From the NCBI GenBank assembly GCA_965217775.1, contig CBDCJH010000002.1, forward strand, positions 2,784,001-2,848,000: a DNA stretch of 64,000 bases, in the 5' to 3' direction. The notes under the pieces were generated by a model that was not told the origin of the DNA, searched no databases, and was given only the letters and a program-made list of their open reading frames with translations. Positions within the stretch are counted from its first letter, which is position 1. Every line of letters begins with the position of its first letter. This document shows, piece after piece, positions 52,492 to 60,316 of this stretch. This stretch comes from Acidobacteriota bacterium. Its GTDB lineage: Bacteria > Acidobacteriota > UBA6911 > RPQK01 > JAJDTT01. A program made the position numbers and the translations under genes.

Positions 52492-53409
52492 TCAGCTCGC
52501 ATCATAGCTCTTCTGGAGTAGGGGTTTCGCACGTTCCAGGTCGTCCGATGTCTGAATCCTCACTTCAAGGTCCCCCGTTCCGAAGTGTCCTATATCTCGG
52601 ACATCGCGCGTGAAGTTCGGTGTCAGCATGACCGTGTCGGGGTCCACTTTCAGGTACACAAGGACAGTCGACTTATTAGGACGCACCTCGACGCACGCAA
52701 AGTTCCGTAGCTTCTTGAAAGCGACGTAGTACTTGAGTTTCTTCTCCTGAATATCATCACCGAGCGCCAGTACGTGGTCCCGAAGTGCTTCATAGAGGTC
52801 CAGAAGGGGCCCATCGAGGGAACTCAGGACTTCCGAAATCGTCTTATAGGTCGTGGTAGTCGGCTTCGTCCCTTTTCTTCCGGTAGGAGAATCGCTCGTA
52901 GCAGAGATAGCGTTGACCATCTCAAGCATCAGAAGTGTCTTTCCAAATCGCCGGTAGCGGATCAGCTCAATGTTACGATTCATCTGTTCCACAGCGTGTT
53001 CATCGTAACGCGTGAACGCGCCAGCGATACACAGCAACCGGGGGGCAGACCAGTCGATGGCATCAGCAGTGGCCGCCCCCAGCTTCCGCAGAACCAGGAG
53101 TTCGAATTCCGCACGGTGATCAAGGAGCCAATCCATATAGTAGAGACCTTGGTTGATGACGTTCTGGTTAGTGGCTCGCTTATATTCGATGATTACCGGG
53201 CAGTTGTTCTCGTCGATGCCCAGCGTATCGATTCGCCCCTTTTGCTTCGGGCCGGTGGAATACTCGCTTCCGAGTAGGCGGATCCCTAGCATCACGTCCA
53301 GGTTCCGCTCCATGAGGTCGTGAAGTGACTTCTCAACAGCTGCGGCTTCTCCAGGAATCTCTGTCGCGGACTGCTGAGTCAAGTCGAACAGTTTGATATC
53401 GGTGGTCAC
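52492..53409 (-). CDS. NucS-like endonuclease + DUF5655 domain protein
   Basis: 305 aa; GRIDTLGIDENNCPVIIEYKR..NQGLYYMDWL; C-terminal KYYVAFKK..RDVRDIGHFGTGDLEVRI. Confidence 0.82.
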   Translation of the reverse strand: MTTDIKLFDLTQQSATEIPGEAAAVEKSLHDLMERNLDVMLGIRLLGSEYSTGPKQKGRIDTLGIDENNCPVIIEYKRATNQNVINQGLYYMDWLLDHRAEFELLVLRKLGAATADAIDWSAPRLLCIAGAFTRYDEHAVEQMNRNIELIRYRRFGKTLLMLEMVNAISATSDSPTGRKGTKPTTTTYKTISEVLSSLDGPLLDLYEALRDHVLALGDDIQEKKLKYYVAFKKLRNFACVEVRPNKSTVLVYLKVDPDTVMLTPNFTRDVRDIGHFGTGDLEVRIQTSDDLERAKPLLQKSYDAS

Positions 53410-53450
53410 ATCGATTCTCCCGAGTCAATGATAGTTGGACCCCCCGTCAC

Positions 53451-53588
53451 TCACGACGCTTTCGGGTAACTGATCTCCAAAAAGATCTGGGGGACCACAA
53501 CAGGGTCCTGGTCGGGCTGGATGACGTTCTTAACGCGGCCGAAGGCCTGCTCCAGGAACTCGGCCGGATCCGCATTGGGCAGACCGAT
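53451..53588 (-). pseudogene. Third, isolated copy of the 3' end of the GHL lipoprotein gene
   Basis: IGLPNADPAEFLEQAFGRVKNVIQPDQDPVVVPQIFLEISYPKAS*, matching the ends at ~8895-9030 and ~54063-54200. Confidence 0.8.
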
Positions 53589-53766
53589 GGTACCGTATGC
53601 TCTGGTCCGTGGTTACGATGACCTTGGACCCTTCCTCCTCGGCCTTGCGGATCAACTCTCCGTTTTCCAGCAATTCCCACCCCTTCTCCGCCGATCTGTC
53701 CACTGAATGTTCCCGGAGATGGTTTCGAAGGGGCGCCGGCGTTCCATGGTCGAACAGGATCTTCAT
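53588..53766 (-). pseudogene. Truncated DUF5615/PIN toxin
   Basis: MKILFDHGTPAPLR..AEKGWELLENGELI..VTTDQSIRYH, then fused to the GHL fragment. Confidence 0.7.
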
Positions 53767-53768
53767 GG

Positions 53769-53987
53769 TCAGGCCGGCGTTTTGAAGAATTCCACTTCAT
53801 GCTTGAGAACAGCCGCCACTTGCCACTGCTTTACCTCCGGGTACCACTCCAGGAACTGCTTCACGGTGGCGCCGCCCTCCAGGTTTTCGAACAGGGCGTA
53901 TACCGGCACTCTTGTCCCGGTGAAGGCCCAGGCTCCGCTGATCTTGTGGGGATTGCGTTCCACTGCAGAACAGGCCTCCCAGTTCAT
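53769..53987 (-). CDS. DUF433 antitoxin-like protein
   Basis: 72 aa; SGAWAFTGTRVPVYALFENLEGGATVKQFLEWYP. Confidence 0.8.
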   Translation of the reverse strand: MNWEACSAVERNPHKISGAWAFTGTRVPVYALFENLEGGATVKQFLEWYPEVKQWQVAAVLKHEVEFFKTPA

Positions 53988-54062
53988 TGTCGGTTCACCT
54001 CCTTTCCATTTGGGATGCTCGTGTTCCGGCTGTCCATTGTTGCTCCTGTTGACGACGAGTGA

Positions 54063-55730
54063 CTACTTCCCAGGATAGCTGATCTCCAAAAAAATCTGGT
54101 GGACCACGACCGGGTCCTGGCCGGGCTTGATGACGTTCTTGACTCGGCCGAAAGCCTGCTTCAGGAACTCGGCAGGATCGGCATTGGGGGGACCGATCAG
54201 ACCCGCGAAGGGGCCGGCGGCGGGGATGTTCGAGATCAGGCCCACCTCGTTCATCCCGTTCCTCGCCACACCCGCGGGAACCTGAAAGTGGAACCAGTCC
54301 CCTTCCCTTTCTGCCTCGGGCAGCAGCGTGTGATTCAGACGAGCCCAGAGAATGGTCCCCTTTCCGGCCTTGGCCGTGTACACGCTCAAACGCAGGCTGG
54401 CCTTCTGGTCTTCCGCGGCGGGTCCCAGATGCAGCCGCAACTTCCGCTCGACCCGGTCCAGCACGATCGGCAGAAGCGCCGGATCAGAGCCGTGGTAGAA
54501 GGGTCCTCCGCTATGCGCCGTCGGGTTGATGGCGTAGACCTTGTCCTTCCCGGCCATCGTCTCCGGCTCCCCCAACTCGCTCAGCACCCCCTCGAACTCC
54601 TCGTCGGTCAGCCGTTGCGTCGGTTCATGCCTGAAATTGAACAGGTAGATGCCGTCGGCGCCCTGGTCCAGGTAGTAGTCGGCATACGCCCGCATTCCCT
54701 CGCGAAACAGAGGCTTACTCCGCAGAGTCTCCCAGGCGCCCGCCCGCATGGTGTTGGGATTGATGGACGGATAGACCTGCACCCCCGTCTCCCCGGCCAG
54801 GCGCAACCAATGCCCGATGGCCAACTGGTCGGGCATGTATCCCAGGCCCACCAGCAGCACGTCCACCAGATCCTCCCGCGCCCAGGTCTCCACGTCCAGA
54901 CCGATCTCCAGGTTGGTCTCCAGGGAATCCATCACGTGGACCGCCAGGGTGTAGGGTCGCCCCCGCTCGTCTCCGATGGCGTTCAGCCGCTCCCGGATCT
55001 GCCGCATCAGGTCCGTCATCAGGTGGGCCTTTTGCCGTCCCTGTCCCATGGGGAAGTGGATCCCCATGCGGTTGAAATCCAATTCGTAGCCGTCGAAGTC
55101 GTGTCTGGCAGCGGTCTTCGCGATGTAGTCGAGACGATGCTGCCGAACCTCCGGGTGGGTGTAGTCGAGCGACACCCAGAGACGCTGCTCCGTCAGCTCG
55201 GAAGGGAGCTGGCGGTCCGTCATCGGCGCCATCAGGTACTCGGGGTGTTGCGTCTTGAAGACGTCGTCCAATTCCTCCAGGGTCCGGGACCGGAAGGCCG
55301 CGTGAAGATCGCTCATGCGCACCGACCCCCAGACCTCCAACCCCTGTTCATGGCAGGCCCGGATGACGACGTCGTTCACCTGCTCGTAGGAATCGAAACA
55401 GTCCCAGAGCAGATCCGTTGGAATATTCCACGGCGGCTCGGCCCCGTTTCCGATGTGCCACAGGTAGGTGTCCACCTGGGTGCCCTTGACCATGCGCACG
55501 CTGGCGTCCAGGAAATCTTCGTGGGTCCGGATGTCGTAGATGAGGCTCATGTACGGCTCCACCTTCCCCCGGTCCAGGTAGCTGTGCGACTGGACGGCGG
55601 CGGAGTCGTAGTAGAGGATCCGCCGCTCCTTCTTCGATTCGCCTTTCGAAGCGACGTCCGGGGTCTCGGAAGGGCTGCCGCAGGAGAGGACGCCCCACAG
55701 GAGCGCCAGGAGGAAACCGTGTCTCTTCAT
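54063..55730 (-). CDS. Putative lipoprotein, GHL10/DUF187-like glycoside hydrolase (copy 2)
   Basis: Lipobox GVLSC; same motifs as copy 1; operonic with the upstream gene. Confidence 0.72.
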   Translation of the reverse strand: MKRHGFLLALLWGVLSCGSPSETPDVASKGESKKERRILYYDSAAVQSHSYLDRGKVEPYMSLIYDIRTHEDFLDASVRMVKGTQVDTYLWHIGNGAEPPWNIPTDLLWDCFDSYEQVNDVVIRACHEQGLEVWGSVRMSDLHAAFRSRTLEELDDVFKTQHPEYLMAPMTDRQLPSELTEQRLWVSLDYTHPEVRQHRLDYIAKTAARHDFDGYELDFNRMGIHFPMGQGRQKAHLMTDLMRQIRERLNAIGDERGRPYTLAVHVMDSLETNLEIGLDVETWAREDLVDVLLVGLGYMPDQLAIGHWLRLAGETGVQVYPSINPNTMRAGAWETLRSKPLFREGMRAYADYYLDQGADGIYLFNFRHEPTQRLTDEEFEGVLSELGEPETMAGKDKVYAINPTAHSGGPFYHGSDPALLPIVLDRVERKLRLHLGPAAEDQKASLRLSVYTAKAGKGTILWARLNHTLLPEAEREGDWFHFQVPAGVARNGMNEVGLISNIPAAGPFAGLIGPPNADPAEFLKQAFGRVKNVIKPGQDPVVVHQIFLEISYPGK

Positions 55731-55749
55731 TGCGGGCACCTTCACCGTG

Positions 55750-57255
55750 TCAGTGGAAGCGGACGGAGTAGAGGTCGGCGTCCTTCAGGACCACGCGCAT
55801 CCGCACCGTCTTGCCGGAGAGCGAGCTCAGGTCGGAGCCACCCTTCCAGGCGACGTTCCGTTCGATCTGGTCGCCGATGATCTCGGGGCATTCCTCCAGC
55901 GTGAATCCGGGAATCGGCTGGCCCTTGGGGTCCTGCATCTCGATCCGGATGCCGCCGGCCGCGCTGGTGGCGTAGTTGATCTCCAGCCGGCTTCCCTTGA
56001 AGCGCAACGGTTTGGTGACCATCTCGCCCCCCTGGTAGGGCGCGTTCAGGCTGGCGAAGCCGTCCAGGCGTAGGGTCATCCGTTCCAGGTACGCCGTGCC
56101 TTTCTGCCCATAGTTCCGCTGCACGTAGAAAGACATCTCGCCGTCGCCGGTGGGGACGATGCCGCAGGCCGGATAGTTGGTCCGGGTCGTCCAGTTGTTG
56201 ACGCCGATGCCGGGCCGGACGAAGCTCTCCCGGAAGGTGAAGTCGTAGACCGTGGAGCCGGCCCGGGTGGTGAGCAGGACGCCGTCGGAGTGGTCCCCCG
56301 TCCCCGCCGTTCCCATCAGGGGCATGTTCTCCTTGACGAAGTCCCGGAGCTCGGGCGTGATGAGGCGTTGGCGCCGGCTCGCCAACTGCTTGTCGCCGTC
56401 CGACTTGACGTGCCGCGGGTCGGCGAAGATGATCCGGGCCGGCAGCGAGATGTAGATGTGGGGCGCCCGGAAATAGGGCTGGGTCTGGTTTGTGTAGAGG
56501 TGGTGCGAGGGAGTCGTCGTGCCGGTGTCGCTGTAGCTCATGAGGACCTGGGGAGTCCAGTTGGTGAAGTCCTTGGAGGTGGACCGCGCCGTGGCGCGGC
56601 GCCCCCCCTCCATGTGCCGGGCGTAGAGCACGTACTGCTCTTCCACCTCCGACCAGAACATGACGTTCTGCGAATCGAAGTGGTTGATCAGGACCTTGGG
56701 CACGATAGGCTCGTCCCGGAGCATCCGCCAGCGGATACCGTCGCCGGAGAGGAAGCCCACCAGGGCGTTGGGCTCGACGGGTCCCCGCGAAGTCCCCTTG
56801 TAACGCTCCGAGGCGGGCACGCCGGGCCGCCCGTCGATGAAGGCGACGAACTGGCGCGCCTCGTTCAGGATCACGTGGTTTTGAGAGGAGCCGTCGATGG
56901 AGACCAGTCCCAGGTCGGGCTTGGTCCAATTGATCCCGTCGCGGCTCTCGGCGTAGCAGGTGGTCTTCCTCTCGAAGAGCGCACCCCGGTAGTACATGCG
57001 GTAGAGGTCGCCGTCCTTGAAGATGGTGGTGTAGAAGGCCGTGTCGTCTTCCACGGGATCGTTGAAGCGGACGGCCACCCCGCCCGGCAACGGTGTGCCC
57101 AGGCGCAGGCTGGCTCCCACGAGCCGGTCGATCAGCAGATGATCCACGAACAGCTCGCGGCGCGAGCCGATGTCGACCACGTCGCCGGCCAGGGCCGCGG
57201 GTGCCGACAAGAGGGCGGCCAGCGCCAGGATTGCGGGATAACGGATGAGTCTCAT
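55750..57255 (-). CDS. Secreted beta-propeller glycoside-hydrolase-like protein (GH32/43/130-like)
   Basis: Signal peptide MRLIRYPAILALAALLSAPAALA; GSRRELFVD, YAESRDGINW, SGDGIRW, FDSQN, SKDFTNW and LRLDGFASL. Confidence 0.7.
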   Translation of the reverse strand: MRLIRYPAILALAALLSAPAALAGDVVDIGSRRELFVDHLLIDRLVGASLRLGTPLPGGVAVRFNDPVEDDTAFYTTIFKDGDLYRMYYRGALFERKTTCYAESRDGINWTKPDLGLVSIDGSSQNHVILNEARQFVAFIDGRPGVPASERYKGTSRGPVEPNALVGFLSGDGIRWRMLRDEPIVPKVLINHFDSQNVMFWSEVEEQYVLYARHMEGGRRATARSTSKDFTNWTPQVLMSYSDTGTTTPSHHLYTNQTQPYFRAPHIYISLPARIIFADPRHVKSDGDKQLASRRQRLITPELRDFVKENMPLMGTAGTGDHSDGVLLTTRAGSTVYDFTFRESFVRPGIGVNNWTTRTNYPACGIVPTGDGEMSFYVQRNYGQKGTAYLERMTLRLDGFASLNAPYQGGEMVTKPLRFKGSRLEINYATSAAGGIRIEMQDPKGQPIPGFTLEECPEIIGDQIERNVAWKGGSDLSSLSGKTVRMRVVLKDADLYSVRFH

Positions 57256-57341
57256 GACGATGTTCCTCCAGGAGGCGTTTGGGAACGCCTGGGTCGCCGA
57301 CGGCGGGCCGATTGGCCCGATCGGCCTGTTTTGACGGCTTT

Positions 57342-58427
57342 CTACAAGGCCTCGGCCACCAGGTCTCCGACCTCGCTCGTGGTGTAGCCCATCCGGCCGG
57401 CGGACATGCTCTTCATCTTGGGAGTGGTCCGGCCGATGGCGGTGTCCACCCTCGTTCCGGCGCGAACCAGGTTGGGAAGGTCCTTCTGGTCTCCCAGTAC
57501 ACTCAACAACATGCCCATGGCTCCGATGGCGGCGATGGGATTGATGACGTTCCGGCCCGTGTATTTGGGCGCGGAACCTCCCATGCATTCGAACATGCTG
57601 CAGCCGCCCGGCTCCGGGTTGATGTTGCCTCCGGAGGCCACGCCCAGACCCCCCTGAATCATGGCGCCCAGGTCGGTGATGATGTCCCCGAACATGTTGG
57701 GGACCACGATGGTGTCGTAGTACTCGGGGTTCTTGACGAACCACATGCAGGCGGCGTCGATGTGGTTGTAGTCGCGGTTGACCTGGGGGAATTCGGCTTC
57801 ACCCATGGCGTGGAAGGCCCGCTCCCACAGGTCGGCGGCGTAGGTCAGGACGTTGGTCTTTTGGACCAGGGTCAGGCGGAGGCGGTCCTGCCGGCTGATG
57901 CAGTGCTGAAAGGCCCAGCGCAGGCAGCGGTCGATGCCGAACCGGGTGGCGATCATTTCCTGCGTGGCCACCTCTTGGGGGGTGTTCTTGCGCAGGAATC
58001 CGCCGGCGCCGCAGTAGAGGTCTTCGGTGTTCTCACGGACGACATCGAAGCGGATGTGCTCGGGTCCCTTGTCTTTTAGGGGGCAATCCACGCCGGGGTA
58101 GAGGCGGACGGGACGGAAGTTGATGTACTGGTCGAGTTGGAAGCGGATGGAGAGGAGGAGGCCCTTTTCCAGCAGGCCGGGGGTGACGCCCGGGTGTCCG
58201 ATGGCGCCGAGGTAGATGGCGTCGAACTGTCCGAGCTCGTCAATCTGAGCTTCCGTGATCATCTCGCCGGTGGTCAGGTAGCGGTCGCCGCCGTAGTCGA
58301 AGTCGGTTCGGTCGTAGCTGACATCCTCCAGAGGGGCGACGGCTTCCAGGACTTTGAGAGCTTCGTTGGTGACTTCGGGGCCGGTTCCGTCGCCGGGGAT
58401 CACCGCGAGCTTTAATGTGTCGGTCAT
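57342..58427 (-). CDS. leuB: 3-isopropylmalate dehydrogenase
   Basis: 361 aa; AVIPGDGTGPEV, VVRENTEDLY, NMFGDIITD and GGSAPKYTG..INPIAAI. Confidence 0.88.
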   Translation of the reverse strand: MTDTLKLAVIPGDGTGPEVTNEALKVLEAVAPLEDVSYDRTDFDYGGDRYLTTGEMITEAQIDELGQFDAIYLGAIGHPGVTPGLLEKGLLLSIRFQLDQYINFRPVRLYPGVDCPLKDKGPEHIRFDVVRENTEDLYCGAGGFLRKNTPQEVATQEMIATRFGIDRCLRWAFQHCISRQDRLRLTLVQKTNVLTYAADLWERAFHAMGEAEFPQVNRDYNHIDAACMWFVKNPEYYDTIVVPNMFGDIITDLGAMIQGGLGVASGGNINPEPGGCSMFECMGGSAPKYTGRNVINPIAAIGAMGMLLSVLGDQKDLPNLVRAGTRVDTAIGRTTPKMKSMSAGRMGYTTSEVGDLVAEAL

Positions 58428-58602
58428 GGGTTCAAACCTGTTTGAGTCATGAGTGGATTAATGGTCCCGGGTCGTCCGGGGCCATGGACGCCGGGATTAT
58501 ACTGGCGGGGCTCCGTTGGCTGCAAAGTGGGGGGATGGGGGCGTGAAGATAATGGTGGGTTTTTGGTACGAGGTCGGCGGTTGGTACGTTGCGGTGCACA
58601 CT

Positions 58603-58653
58603 GGGCGGCTGGAAACCGCCCTTCCCGTTCGGCGATTGGAAATCGCCGCTCCT
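58603..58653. repeat. Two tandem REP-like hairpins
   Basis: GGGCGG-CTGGAAA-CCGCCC-TTCC and CGGCGATT-GGA-AATCGCCG-CTCC, just downstream of the GNAT stop. Confidence 0.5.
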
Positions 58654-58656
58654 GGC

Positions 58657-59118
58657 TCACTTGGTTGGGGTCGGGTCGTCTCGTTCCAGCGAGTAGCGGT
58701 AGAGGTTGGTCTGCCGCAATGAGAAACCGAGGCGGCGGTAGAGGCGGTTGGCGGCTTTGCGTGCGGACCGCGAGGTGAGGTCGACATTGCGTGCACCGGC
58801 GGACCGGGCCCGTTCGATGGCGGCGCGGCAGAGGAGTTCGCCGACTCCGTGCCTTCGAGCAGACTTGTCCACCACCACGTCCTCGATCCAGGCCCGGACA
58901 CCGGTGGGGATTCGGAACAGGACCAGGGTCAGGGTGCCGACGATCCGGTTTTCCTGGTTCGGGTCTCGGGCGATTAGCAGTTGGGCGGCGCCGCCGGAGA
59001 CGAGCTTCTGGAGTTCACTCGCGGTTGGGATCGCCGCTGAGGTGGAGAGTTGCGGGATCAGCCGGCCGATGGACTCGACGATCTCTGGAGTGACGGCGGT
59101 GACCTCGACGATTCTCAT
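58657..59118 (-). CDS. GNAT-family N-acetyltransferase
   Basis: AWIEDVVVDKSARRHGVGELL..VDLTSR..ANRLYRRLGF. Confidence 0.88.
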   Translation of the reverse strand: MRIVEVTAVTPEIVESIGRLIPQLSTSAAIPTASELQKLVSGGAAQLLIARDPNQENRIVGTLTLVLFRIPTGVRAWIEDVVVDKSARRHGVGELLCRAAIERARSAGARNVDLTSRSARKAANRLYRRLGFSLRQTNLYRYSLERDDPTPTK

Positions 59119-59179
59119 CCTGATGCTTGCGCAGAGAGGGGCGGGAGCGCGACTCCACCGTTCGGGCGCCAAGACGACC

Positions 59180-59947
59180 TCAATTGGAGTTTTTTCCGAA
59201 ACCCCGGATCACGTAGGTGCCGCTTCGGGCGTCTTCGCCCAGAACCACCAGGTTGAACTTGGAGGCCTCTTCCAGGAGGGCGGAAAAGGTCCGGTAGCCG
59301 AACCGGGATTCGTTGAAGGCGGGCTGTTTCCGCTTCATGGTCTGCTTGACCATGGAGGAGTAGATCACGTCCTTGTTCTCGCGCATCAGCGCCAGGATCG
59401 ACTCGATCAGGAGTTGGAAGGCGGGGCGTTTGTCCTTGGCGATCCGGGTGTTCAGGCGCGGTGGCCGCGTGGCGACCTCGTCCAGCTCCTCGTAGAAGAT
59501 GAACTCGTCGCAGTTCTCCACCAGCATCTGGGAGGTGCTGCCCTGGGTTCCCAGTCCAATGACGTGCTTGCCGTTCTCCTTCAGCTTGGAAGCCAGGGGG
59601 GAGAAGTCGCTGTCCCCGGACAGGATGACGAAGGTGTCGATGTGTTCCTTGGAGTAGCACAGGTCCATGGCGTCCACGCAGAGCCGGATGTCGGCCGAAT
59701 TCTTTCCCGTCCGGCTCCGCTTGGGGATGTCGATGAGCTCGAAGGCGGATTCGTGCAACTCCTGCTTGTATTCGGAGAAGCGCGACCAGTCGGCATACGC
59801 TTCCTTGACCAGGATCTTCCCCTTCTCCACCAGTCGCTCCAAGACCTTGTCGATGCGGAACCGGGCTCGTTTCCGGCCTTTCTCCATACCCAGAGCCAGA
59901 TTCTCCAGATCCAGGAAGAGGGCCAGTCGGCGTTCTCTTTCGTCCAT
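59180..59947 (-). CDS. NYN-domain protein with a C-terminal OST-HTH/LOTUS domain
   Basis: LALFLDLEN, GKNSADIRLCVDAMD, SGDSDFSPL and FNESRFGYRTFSALLE. Confidence 0.9.
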   Translation of the reverse strand: MDERERRLALFLDLENLALGMEKGRKRARFRIDKVLERLVEKGKILVKEAYADWSRFSEYKQELHESAFELIDIPKRSRTGKNSADIRLCVDAMDLCYSKEHIDTFVILSGDSDFSPLASKLKENGKHVIGLGTQGSTSQMLVENCDEFIFYEELDEVATRPPRLNTRIAKDKRPAFQLLIESILALMRENKDVIYSSMVKQTMKRKQPAFNESRFGYRTFSALLEEASKFNLVVLGEDARSGTYVIRGFGKNSN

Positions 59948-60075
59948 GGGGCTAAACTATCACAAGGAACTGTCTTAGCCCGTAATTCCCCGCAGGAGAC
60001 GGACAGCGACACCGGAGTAGACGGGGCCGAAGAAATACGGGATATTAGCCGTCCGGGCCCGAGCGGCCCGTCGGC

Positions 60076-60152
<77 letters not shown>

Positions 60153-60316
60153 TTTCTCACCTTACGAATGATCCCAAGCACACGCTGCACTGCTGTGTTG
60201 AAGCAGTCGAACGCTTCGGAGGTCCTTGCCGCGGGCGGTTGCCGATGTCGAGCGATACCAGTCCGATGCCGACCCAAATTTCGCTCCACGGGAGCGCTGG
60301 CCCAGGATAAAACGAC

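Noticed and set aside
55750-57744. 664-aa ORF as listed in the track
   Set aside because: The extension overlaps leuB out of frame; a start with Shine-Dalgarno and signal peptide lies at 57255.
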